DNA of 64,000 nucleotides from an uncultured Acidobacteriota bacterium (GTDB lineage: Bacteria > Acidobacteriota > JAQAZP01), in the NCBI GenBank assembly GCA_963836075.1, contig CAWIIB010000009.1:1088001-1152000 (forward strand), written 5' to 3'. Both the position numbers and the translations under genes were made by a program. The first letter of the stretch is position 1. The number at the start of each line of letters is the position of its first letter. Below are positions 1 to 8,148 of the stretch, in pieces. The notes beneath the pieces are model-generated. The model ran no database searches. It saw only the letters and a list, made by a program, of their open reading frames with translations, and was not told where the DNA came from.

Positions 1-595
1 CCAGGTCGTGGGTGGAGATCAGCACGCTGGTTCCCCGGTCCGCCAGCTCACCGATCAGTTCGTCAAAGAGCTGGCTGCGGGCCACCGCATCGAGGCCCAG
101 GGTCGGATCATCCAGTACCAGGAGATCCGGTTGGCCGGCCAGGGCCAGGGTGAGCATTAACTGGCCTTTCTGGCCCTTGGAGAGCTTTCCGAAGCGCTGG
201 TCCGGCGCAATCCGGAACCTCTTCATCCGGTCGGTGGTCACACGCTCATCCCAGCGGGGGTAGAGGGTGGAGTAGAAGCGGCTCAGTTGCCCCGCAGTCC
301 AATCCGGTGGCGCATCCGGCTCCTCGGGCACCACGCCCACCCGGCGCAGTATTGTGCGGTGGTGGCGCCAGACCTCGTCCCCGAACAGCGCTATCCCCCT
401 CGACTGCCCTTTGCGGTGTCCGAGCAGGCAACTGACCAGTGACGTCTTGCCGGCCCCGTTGCGCCCCAGCAGAGCGTAGACCTCTCCCTGCTCCACCTGG
501 ATCGAGACGGAGTCGAGAGCTTTCCGCCGTCCGTAACGGACAGTGAGGTCGCGAACCTGGATCACGGGAGTGGTGTTTGATTTCCGCTCACTCAT
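1..595 (-). CDS. ABC transporter ATP-binding protein (3' end runs off the window)
   Basis: Manual translation from ATG at 595: MSERKSNTTPVIQVRDLTVRYG...GRNGAGKT (Walker A)...LSKGQK (signature variant)...LLVLDDPTLGLD (Walker B)...STHDL. Start overlaps the GntR stop. Not in the ORF track because it is open at the edge. Confidence 0.93.
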   Translation of the reverse strand, partial: MSERKSNTTPVIQVRDLTVRYGRRKALDSVSIQVEQGEVYALLGRNGAGKTSLVSCLLGHRKGQSRGIALFGDEVWRHHRTILRRVGVVPEEPDAPPDWTAGQLSRFYSTLYPRWDERVTTDRMKRFRIAPDQRFGKLSKGQKGQLMLTLALAGQPDLLVLDDPTLGLDAVARSQLFDELIGELADRGTSVLISTHDL

Positions 596-998
596 CGTCC
601 GTACCCTCCCCGGCTGTTTCCAGTTCATCCCAGGCGGCATCCAGCACCGTGATGGCGGTTTTTTTTGCGGTCCCGCTGGTCAGGGCCAGGCTGGCATAGC
701 GCCGGGCGCCCTGCTGGAGCAGTTTGCGCTGTTTGCCCTTGGCCAGTGCCGGCGGCTGGTCCGCGACAAAGGTGCCTTCCCCCCGGCGGATCACCAGCAG
801 CCCGTCAGCGGTCAGCCGCTGGTAGCCCTTGGCCACGGTGGCCGGATTGACCTGAAGCTGACGGGCCAGCTCGCGCACCGAAGGCACCGGGTCGCCCGGC
901 TTCAGGGTTCTGGCCGCCAGCAGCTGCCTCACCCCTTCCTCGATCTGCCGCCAGATGGGAACGGCATCACCGGGATTGACATGCAGCAACCGCCTCAT
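588..998 (-). CDS. GntR family (YtrA subfamily) transcriptional regulator
   Basis: PIWRQI...LKPGDPVPSVRELARQLQVNPATVAKGYQRL...GEGTFV winged HTH with a short C-terminus, directly upstream of an ABC ATPase. Start placed at MRRLLHV (998) rather than 1061. Confidence 0.93.
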   Translation of the reverse strand: MRRLLHVNPGDAVPIWRQIEEGVRQLLAARTLKPGDPVPSVRELARQLQVNPATVAKGYQRLTADGLLVIRRGEGTFVADQPPALAKGKQRKLLQQGARRYASLALTSGTAKKTAITVLDAAWDELETAGEGTDDE

Positions 999-1040
999 CT
1001 CCTCGCCCCTCGCTTTCAATGTCCGCCGCCGTCGAATTAC

Positions 1041-1060
1041 TGTATCACTGTTGTAATACA
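1041..1060. promoter_or_regulatory. Probable YtrA-type autoregulatory operator
   Basis: TGTATCACTGTTGTAATACA (TGTA-N12-TACA dyad), about 45 bp upstream of the GntR start. Confidence 0.65.
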
Positions 1061-1109
1061 CTAAATCGGTGTGCAGTGTCTAGAAGTTTAGAGAATATTT
1101 TCAGTGCCG

Positions 1110-1267
1110 GTGAGCCTGGTCTTCGAGCTCTACCACCAGGCCATCGACGGCCGGCCCAACACCCGCGGCGGGGAGTATCGCATCAACCTGCTGCCCACCA
1201 CCTGCAGTTCAACGTGGTCAGCGCCGGGACCCTGAGCCAGGCCCAGGCCGACCCCGAGTCGATGTAG
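1110..1267 (+). pseudogene. Internally deleted remnant of a glycyl radical enzyme (HypD / trans-4-hydroxyproline dehydratase-like)
   Basis: One frame reads VFELYHQAIDGRPNTRGGEYRINLLPTTC. A second frame continues HHLQFNVVSAGTLSQAQADPE. Both are recognisable motifs from the C-terminal part of glycyl radical enzymes. Confidence 0.8.
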
Positions 1268-1363
1268 TGCACAATTTGGGGGTCAGGTCTTGAAATATCA
1301 CATTTTCCGTACCTTACTATATTAAGCATGTGATATTTCAAGACCTGACCCCCAAATTGTGCA
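1268..1363. repeat. Perfect 36-bp inverted repeat (REP/MITE-like, GGGGTCAGGTCTTG family)
   Basis: TGCACAATTTGGGGGTCAGGTCTTGAAATATCACAT at 1268-1303 and its exact reverse complement at 1328-1363, with a 24-bp spacer. Confidence 0.92.
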
Positions 1364-1397
1364 GAACAGGAGACGGTCACCATTGAAGGAGAAATAA

Positions 1398-2168
1398 ATG
1401 GACAAGTGGATGAAAAATGTTCTGGCCTTCTCACTCCTGCTCCTCGTCGCCCCTGCCGCCATGGCCGCCGGTCCCGAGACCGTCACCTTCCCCTCGGCCG
1501 ACGGCCTGACCATCACTGCTGACCTCTACACTCCGCACGAGGATTCCGCGACACCGTTCATCGTTCTGTTCCACCAGGCCGGCTGGAGCCGTGGCGAATA
1601 CCGGGAGATCGCCCCGCGGCTGAACAGCCTCGGGTTCAACTGTCTTGCCGTGGACCAGCGTTCCGGCGGGGAGGTGAACGGTGTGGACAACGAGACGGTG
1701 AAACGGGCCGAGGCCGCCGGCAAGGGAGTCACCTACCTCGATGCCCTGCCCGACCTGGAGGCCGCTCTGGTCTGGGTGCGGAAGGACCACGCCAGGGGCA
1801 AGGTCATCGCCTGGGGCAGTTCCTACTCCGCTTCGCTGGTCCTCTGGATTGCCGGGAATAAGCCGGCACTGGCCGACGCCGTGCTCGCCTTCTCCCCCGG
1901 GGAGTATTTCGCCAGGGAGGGCAAGCCCGAGACCTGGGTCAAGGACGCTGCGGCAAAGATCGCCGTGCCGGTCTTCATCACTTCGACCCGGGATGAGCAA
2001 CCGATGGTCGCCCCCATCTTTGCCGCCATCCCCCTGGGGAAGAAGATCGCCTACCTCCCCGCTTCCGAGGGCAACCACGGATCTCGCGCCCTCTGGAAGA
2101 AGTTCAAGGACAGCAGTGGTTGCTGGGAGGCGGTGACCGCCTTTCTCTCACAGTTTTCGAAGAAGTAG
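1398..2168 (+). CDS. Secreted alpha/beta hydrolase
   Basis: Signal peptide, LFHQAG oxyanion region, AVDQRSGG, WGSSYSA nucleophile elbow, C-terminal GNHGS. AAGGAG RBS. Confidence 0.88.
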   Translation: MDKWMKNVLAFSLLLLVAPAAMAAGPETVTFPSADGLTITADLYTPHEDSATPFIVLFHQAGWSRGEYREIAPRLNSLGFNCLAVDQRSGGEVNGVDNETVKRAEAAGKGVTYLDALPDLEAALVWVRKDHARGKVIAWGSSYSASLVLWIAGNKPALADAVLAFSPGEYFAREGKPETWVKDAAAKIAVPVFITSTRDEQPMVAPIFAAIPLGKKIAYLPASEGNHGSRALWKKFKDSSGCWEAVTAFLSQFSKK

Positions 2169-2185
2169 GTGTCCCCTTTTTTCAG

Positions 2186-4345
2186 CTAAGGTGCCAGACC
2201 GGTCAACGTGACGGTGTCGCTGTCCGAATCGCCGGACGCCGGGTAGGGCGGCTGGTTGTACGGTGCCGTCGTAACGTCCCAGGCGCGGAGGGTGAACCGG
2301 TTCTCCCCGATCAGGGTGGGGTAGGCCGGGATGTTCTGTATCCATGAAGTGATGTATCTCGACCCGGCGTCGATATTGGTCCAGCCGGCGCGCCAGCTGG
2401 GGAAGAACCCGCCGCTGGCGATGGAAACGTCGATGCGGGCGGCGACCCGCCGGCGCTGGCCGGTGTACTGGTTGTCCAGAGCGGCAACGATCTGCGTGCT
2501 GAACGGCGAGACCCCGGCCGCCGGGGCCATGGTCAGGCGGCTGGCCACGGTGGAGAGGGCCGGGTAGTGAAAGCCCACGTCCACCATCCCGGAATCCTCG
2601 TTGAAGTTGATCGCCGTGGTTTTTTCGGAGATCAGTGTCCAGGTGGTTTCACCGGAGGTCATGTCCCAGGCGACGGGAATCAGGATCGTGTCGGCCGGAT
2701 CGCTGCCGGCATCGACACAGACACTGTCGGCAAGGTGTCCCGAGGCCAGCTGTTCCAGGTAGTGGCCGCCGCCGGCGCCGGAAGTGAATGCCGGGTCGGC
2801 ATTGGTCACTCCAGGCCCCCAGTTGACCGTGGCGGGCGGGCCTTCGTAGACCGCCCCCTCGTAGTTGCCGATATTGCAGTACGACACGGTGTTGGTGCCG
2901 CTGCTGAAATAGAGGTCTTTCCCGGTGGTTGACGAGTTCTGGCGGCTGATACAATCGGAGAGGGTGGAGGAATTCCTGATGTAGATACCGCCCCCATCCG
3001 TGGCGGCACTGTTCCCGGTCACCGTACAGCCGGACATCTCCAGAGCATGGTAAGAGAAGATTCCGCCGCCCCGGCCAGCGTCGTTGTCGACTATGGCATT
3101 GCCGGTAATGGGCTGGATCGCCGAAGAGGTGTAGATCCCGCCGCCTCGTTCACCGGCGGAATTGCCGCTGATGATGTTGCCGGTGACGATGCCGTTTGCA
3201 TGGACCCCGCCCCCATCCTGCCCCGCGCTGTTGTTGATGATCCGGTTGCCGATGAGGGTCCCGCGGGGACAATAGACGCCGCCGCCATACGAGATGGCAG
3301 TGTTGCCGCTGATCACGTTCCCCCTGATCACCGGCGTGCAGTCATAATTGCTGGTGGTGATAGCGCCTCCGTAAGAGGCATAGCCCTCGCGAATGGTGAA
3401 TCCCTCCACCACCGTGCTCGCCCCCTCGTAACTGAACATGAACCCGCGGTGAGGTTCCGCGGAACTGCCCTGACAATCGATGATGCAGTTTTCCGGCCCG
3501 TGTGCCGAAATAACGTGGACCCACTTGCCGTCGAAGGTGATGTCCCGGTTGCCCCAGCCGGTGTAGATCCCGTCGGCCACCAGCACCTGGTCGGTCTCAT
3601 CCAGCATGTCCCAGGACGCGGCGCCGATGGCCTCCTGGATGCTGTCGAAGGGGTGGGCCGCCGTGCCGTCCTCGTCCGGATCGCTCACCGTGGGGTCGCC
3701 CGGCCCGGGATCGAAGGGGCCGTCGTCGTCCACGTGGATGGTGGCCGGCCCCGGCCGGTGCTCCACTTCCAGGTAGGGTTGGCTTGCTTCGGCCCAGCCA
3801 TCCACACGGATGCCGCTTTCGTGGTTATAGAACCCTACGCCGAACCAGTGGGCATCCAGCGAGGAGCGCAGGTCGAGGATGCCGTTGCGACCCAGGTCGA
3901 TCTCGCGCCAGCCGGGGGGCCCGTCGTCATCAACGGTGGCGTACCTGTAGGAGGGAAGGTCGCTGGTGATGTCCCAGCGGATCCAGTGGTCGGAGGTGAC
4001 CAGCGGGTCGAACTCCAGCGGGGTGAGCGAGTACCTGGCGTGCTCCGAGGAGTCATTGGCATAGAAATTGAGGGTCACCGAAACAATATACTCGTCAGCC
4101 GGCACTGCGCTCACATCGAACCGGGCGTACCCCACCTCGTGGTAGTAGTTCTGGTAGTAGCCCGAGGCCGGGGTTCGCCAGGCCACGATCTCGCTGTCCA
4201 GGAGCGTGGGGCCGTAGACCGACCCGGTATTGTACGGGGCCGCGTCCGGCCAGCAGATGGTGGTGGCCGCCTGGGCCGGGCAGAACGCCAGGAGGCCCAG
4301 CAGGCAGAATCCCGCGGTGAATATTTGTGAGGAACGCCAGTTCAT
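2186..4345 (-). CDS. Secreted protein: DNRLRE-like N-domain, right-handed beta-helix (GGAI/GGGI repeats) and conserved 122-aa C-terminal domain
   Basis: Signal peptide ending AQA; FDSIQEAI...VADGIYTG.GNRDI; repeated N.A..GGG(I/V); ends DVTTAPYNQPPYPASGDSDSDTVTLTGLAP. Confidence 0.88.
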   Translation of the reverse strand: MNWRSSQIFTAGFCLLGLLAFCPAQAATTICWPDAAPYNTGSVYGPTLLDSEIVAWRTPASGYYQNYYHEVGYARFDVSAVPADEYIVSVTLNFYANDSSEHARYSLTPLEFDPLVTSDHWIRWDITSDLPSYRYATVDDDGPPGWREIDLGRNGILDLRSSLDAHWFGVGFYNHESGIRVDGWAEASQPYLEVEHRPGPATIHVDDDGPFDPGPGDPTVSDPDEDGTAAHPFDSIQEAIGAASWDMLDETDQVLVADGIYTGWGNRDITFDGKWVHVISAHGPENCIIDCQGSSAEPHRGFMFSYEGASTVVEGFTIREGYASYGGAITTSNYDCTPVIRGNVISGNTAISYGGGVYCPRGTLIGNRIINNSAGQDGGGVHANGIVTGNIISGNSAGERGGGIYTSSAIQPITGNAIVDNDAGRGGGIFSYHALEMSGCTVTGNSAATDGGGIYIRNSSTLSDCISRQNSSTTGKDLYFSSGTNTVSYCNIGNYEGAVYEGPPATVNWGPGVTNADPAFTSGAGGGHYLEQLASGHLADSVCVDAGSDPADTILIPVAWDMTSGETTWTLISEKTTAINFNEDSGMVDVGFHYPALSTVASRLTMAPAAGVSPFSTQIVAALDNQYTGQRRRVAARIDVSIASGGFFPSWRAGWTNIDAGSRYITSWIQNIPAYPTLIGENRFTLRAWDVTTAPYNQPPYPASGDSDSDTVTLTGLAP

Positions 4346-4522
4346 GGATCACACCTCGATGGTTGTGTGTCGAACCGCCAGTGGGAACCAGCGGTGCTGA
4401 ATGAAATTGTATGAGAGCAGGACGAACAGGGATCGGGCCAGCCCGTGCCGAGCCACCCGGGAGTTTTCTATTGATGAATATAGGGTTTGGCGGGAAGGGG
4501 GTCAAGGTGGGGGCGTACAGAA

Positions 4523-4558
4523 AAAAGGGGACTGGCAGCTATGTGCCTGTCCCCTTTT
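4523..4558. repeat. GGGGAC-family palindrome (REP-like, may act as a terminator)
   Basis: AAAAGGGGACTGGCA...TGCCTGTCCCCTTTT. The core arms are identical to those of the element at 20304-20363. Confidence 0.75.
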
Positions 4559-4576
4559 CTATGTTTCACAATGCTC

Positions 4577-5071
4577 TTATTCCGCCAGCGGGGGAATGCG
4601 CAGCACCTGGCCGGGGTAGATCTTGTCCGGGTCGCTGAGGGCCGGCTTGTTGGCCTCGAAGATCACCATGTACTTCATCGCGTTGCCATAGTGGGCCTTG
4701 GCGATTTTGGAGAGGCTGTCACCGCCCTGCACGGTGTAGAAGACGGCCTCGACTTCCGGGGCGGCTTCGGGTTTTGGCGCGGCCACCTTCAGCCGGTCGT
4801 CCACCTGGGCGATGCCGCCGATGTTTCCCACGGCGAGGATCACCTTCTCACGCATCTCCTGGCTGGCCACCGTGCCGCCGATCACGGCCACGTTGCCGTT
4901 CATCTGGACCCGCAGGCTCTCCACATCCAGCCGCAGGCTGCGGATGAAGTCAGTGATCGCCTTCTCGTTCTTCCGCGCCGCTTCTTCGGCCGCCGCCATC
5001 TGAGCCGTCTCGCTCTCACCGCCGCCGAACAGCTTCTCGCCGGCATCCTTCACGAAATCAAACAGTCCCAT
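4577..5071 (-). CDS. BON + LysM domain protein (YgaU/Kbp-like)
   Basis: MGLFDFVKDAGEKLFG N-terminus, BON region (EKVILAVGNIGGIAQVDD), LysM YTVQGGDSLSKIAK...IYPGQVLRIP. GGAGGA RBS before 5071. Confidence 0.93.
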   Translation of the reverse strand: MGLFDFVKDAGEKLFGGGESETAQMAAAEEAARKNEKAITDFIRSLRLDVESLRVQMNGNVAVIGGTVASQEMREKVILAVGNIGGIAQVDDRLKVAAPKPEAAPEVEAVFYTVQGGDSLSKIAKAHYGNAMKYMVIFEANKPALSDPDKIYPGQVLRIPPLAE

Positions 5072-5131
5072 TGTCATGTCCTCCACGGTTCACTTCTGTG
5101 AGCCCGATTATGTTTCAGCCGAAGCCGGCCG

Positions 5132-5734
5132 TTACTTGTTGCCGAACAGGCTGCCCAGCAGCTTGCCGCCGATATTGATCACGTCGTCGGAGATCTGACC
5201 GTCGCCATCGGTGTCCAGCAGGCTGCTCAACAGGTCCGTGGACTCTGGAGCGCGCCGCTGGATCGTATCTTTCTCCTGGCCCAGCAAGCCGGTGAGCCCG
5301 GAAATATCGAGGCCCTGCTGTTTCTTCTGTTTGCCCAACGCGCCCATCACCAGCGGGGCCACCATGGCCAGGATCTGGCCCACGGAACCGCTGTCCAGGC
5401 CGCTCATCTTGCCGATGCCGGCCTCGACATTGCCCTGCTTCTGACCCAGCACGTGCTTGAGGATCCCGGCGCCGTCGGCCGAGCCGCCCTGGCCCAGGAA
5501 GCCGCCGATGTCATCGAGCACGCTGCCGTCGTGGTTGCGGTCAAGGGCGCTGAGCAGCGATGCGGCGCCATCAGAACTGCTGGCATTGCGGTTCAGGGCT
5601 CCGAGAAGCACGGGCAGGGCGCCGGAAAGGGCCTTGGAGACCGACTGCTCGTCGGCGCCCACTTTCTGGCTGAGCTGCCGGGTGGGCTCGCCGCTGAGAT
5701 TCTCCATCAGCATTTCGATAAGGGATGATGACAT
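5132..5734 (-). CDS. DUF937 family protein
   Basis: ALPVLLGAL..NAS...L.SALD..HDGSVLDD...GILKHVLG...LDTDGDG pattern, adjacent to the BON-LysM gene. Confidence 0.82.
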   Translation of the reverse strand: MSSSLIEMLMENLSGEPTRQLSQKVGADEQSVSKALSGALPVLLGALNRNASSSDGAASLLSALDRNHDGSVLDDIGGFLGQGGSADGAGILKHVLGQKQGNVEAGIGKMSGLDSGSVGQILAMVAPLVMGALGKQKKQQGLDISGLTGLLGQEKDTIQRRAPESTDLLSSLLDTDGDGQISDDVINIGGKLLGSLFGNK

Positions 5735-5833
5735 GTACCTCTCCTCCGGTTTGAGAAACGCTCCCGGCGTTTCAATCGTTGCACTTGTTGAGTTGTGAGA
5801 CGGGGTGAACCCCCCGGGACAATCAGGAAATCG

Positions 5834-5877
5834 GGGACGGCTGCCTGTTTATATCGACAAAAACAGGCAGCCGTCCC
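5834..5877. repeat. GGGAC-family 17-bp perfect inverted repeat
   Basis: GGGACGGCTGCCTGTTT-N10-AAACAGGCAGCCGTCCC. Confidence 0.8.
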
Positions 5878-5989
5878 AAATTTCCCCAATTCCCACTAAC
5901 TGAGACCACTTAGCCAGGGGAAAGTCACATAAGTATGATGGTGTTTTTCGGCGGAAGTTACAAGTATTTTCACCCGGTCGAAATAATTC

Positions 5990-7840
5990 TCACTCCACCC
6001 GGTAGGCGGTGAGCCGGTTGTCGTAGAGCGAGGGGATGACCAGCAGTCCCTGTTCCGGCACATATTCGAGGTCGGCGCAGAAGAATCCCGGCGCGGTGCG
6101 GTTGAGAATCTCGGTTTTCTCGCCGGTGGCGGAGATGCGGAAGACCCGGCCGTTGAAGTCGGAAACGATGAAGCCGCCGGCCCCGTCACCGGCGATCCCG
6201 TCCATGATCGAGCCCTGGCCCAGCGAGGCCACGGTTTTCACCGACTTGTCTTCCAGGTTCACCGCCTTGAGGCTGCCGTCGCCGGAGTTGCCCACGATCA
6301 GCCGCTCGCCGTCGAAGCAGAGGCCGTTGGGGTCGCTGATCCCGGGGCCGCTGAGCCAGGCCTCGAAGGTGTCCCCGGCCTTGCGGTGGATGGTGCTGGT
6401 CCGGCTGTCCGAGATGTAGGCCCGGCCCTCGCCGTCAAAGGCCACGTCGTTGAGGAACTGGCCCCCGGGCACCGGGGCACGGCCCACCACCTGGGCGGTG
6501 TCGATGCTGATCTCCACCAGCCCGCTGCGGTCCACCACGAAGAGCGAATCGCCGCGCACCGCCATGCCGGTGGGCCTGGCCAGCCCCGAGACCCACTGCA
6601 GGTCGAGCACCGTGCCGGCCGGGCTGACCCGGGAGATGAACTCGTTACCCCCGCTGAAGAAGTTGGAGACGTAGAACACGTCCCGCTTCCGGTCGTAGAC
6701 CACCGACTCGGGGGTCTTGAAATGGCGGGCCAGCTCCCACTGCTCACTGACCCCCTCTCCCTGAAAGATCACGTCCGAGTCCTGGGCCATCACCCCCCAG
6801 CCGCCAAAAGTCTCCACCACCATCAGCATCAGCTCGTTTTCGCCTTTTTTCAGCGGCAGGTAGACCGCGTCGTGGAGACCGATGATCCCCTGGTACGAGG
6901 GGTTGCGCTGGCGGTAGGCCGCGCTGCCGGTGAAGAGGATCTCACCGTTGAGGAAGATGTTCACGGCGTCCGAGTAGCCGAAAGCCAGCTGGCGCAGGCC
7001 GTCCTCCTCGGCGGTGATGGTGGTCCGGGCAAAGACGGCGTCGATCTCGCGGTTGGGGCTGCGGGCCACGTGTCGCGAGATGTTGACCAGCCCGTTCGGC
7101 TCTGCGGTCACCGTCTGCCACTTGATTTTGGCCATGGTCTCGTCGTCGGGGTAGTTCTCCCGGTCCAGCTGGCTGGCCAGGAACTTCTGTGACAGCTCCC
7201 ACCGGGTGACCAGGCCCATGGGCGGCACCGGTTCAGGCGCCGGGTCGAACTGCAGATCGGCGTCGGGGTCGAAACGGAAGTTGGAGAAACGGGTGGCCGG
7301 GCCGCGGGAGCCGTTGAGCGCCAGGCCGCCGGCCTCCGGGTCGCGCTGCAGGTGAGTCACCACCAGGGCCGGCTGCTCCATGTTGTCGAAAAAGACCCGC
7401 ATCTGGCGGCCCCTGATCTCCAGCCTCACCGGGACCCAGCGGCCGGCCGGGATCTCCGCCGCGGCGATGTAGCCCTCGTGGTAGAGCTGCCAGCAGCTGA
7501 CCCCGCCGAACACCGGGGCATACTGCAGCGCTTCGGGCTTGGTGCTGTTGTGCGGGCGGATGTAGAAGTGCTCGTAGTCCCCCGGGCTCTGGCGGCGGAA
7601 GGAGAGGCCCCCGTAGTCCCGGGTGCCGTCGAGGGCCATCTCGAACTCGATGACGCCGTCGAGGAGCTGGACGTCCTTCAGCACCGCGCTGCCGGCCAGG
7701 GCGCTGCGCCCCAGGTGCTCCACCACCTGGGCCCCGGAGAGGTCCCAGTGCTCTTCGTCAAAGGGGATGATTTCTCCCGCGGATGCGGTGCAGAACGGGG
7801 TGGCGAGGATGATGGTCAGTATCAGGGAAAACCGTTTCAT
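5990..7840 (-). CDS. Secreted multidomain protein: lectin/DUF1080-like N-domain and C-terminal SMP-30/gluconolactonase-type beta-propeller
   Basis: Signal peptide; TPESVVYD...YVSN, FLNDVAFD..G..YISDS and PNGL.FDG propeller motifs. Confidence 0.8.
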   Translation of the reverse strand: MKRFSLILTIILATPFCTASAGEIIPFDEEHWDLSGAQVVEHLGRSALAGSAVLKDVQLLDGVIEFEMALDGTRDYGGLSFRRQSPGDYEHFYIRPHNSTKPEALQYAPVFGGVSCWQLYHEGYIAAAEIPAGRWVPVRLEIRGRQMRVFFDNMEQPALVVTHLQRDPEAGGLALNGSRGPATRFSNFRFDPDADLQFDPAPEPVPPMGLVTRWELSQKFLASQLDRENYPDDETMAKIKWQTVTAEPNGLVNISRHVARSPNREIDAVFARTTITAEEDGLRQLAFGYSDAVNIFLNGEILFTGSAAYRQRNPSYQGIIGLHDAVYLPLKKGENELMLMVVETFGGWGVMAQDSDVIFQGEGVSEQWELARHFKTPESVVYDRKRDVFYVSNFFSGGNEFISRVSPAGTVLDLQWVSGLARPTGMAVRGDSLFVVDRSGLVEISIDTAQVVGRAPVPGGQFLNDVAFDGEGRAYISDSRTSTIHRKAGDTFEAWLSGPGISDPNGLCFDGERLIVGNSGDGSLKAVNLEDKSVKTVASLGQGSIMDGIAGDGAGGFIVSDFNGRVFRISATGEKTEILNRTAPGFFCADLEYVPEQGLLVIPSLYDNRLTAYRVE

Positions 7841-7912
7841 TGCGCTGCTCCTTAATATATAGAGTCCTCTAATACTAACGGAGCAGCGCCGGATCGGTTC
7901 GGACAGTCGGCG

Positions 7913-8080
7913 CTACTTGTCAGCGTCGCGCCGCCAGCGTACAGCATTCACCAACGCTACCGCACCCAAGATCATGAAAAAGATCCCGCTGTACCAGCGT
8001 CGAAGGCCATCGGCATAACCAAACACGACCAACGCCACCACGATACAGAGGATTCCCAATACCAGGGCCAGTTTGTTCAT
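7913..8080 (-). CDS. 55-aa two-TM small membrane protein (not in the ORF track)
   Basis: MNKLALVLGILCIVVALVVFGYADGLRRWYSGIFFMILGAVALVNAVRWRRDADK-stop; GAGGAG RBS 7 nt upstream. Confidence 0.8.
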   Translation of the reverse strand: MNKLALVLGILCIVVALVVFGYADGLRRWYSGIFFMILGAVALVNAVRWRRDADK

Positions 8081-8148
8081 CGTATTTCTCCTCGATTCAT
8101 CTTTACTTACCTATACGCAGTGCATCCGGCGGATCTGCGTGACCTCCC

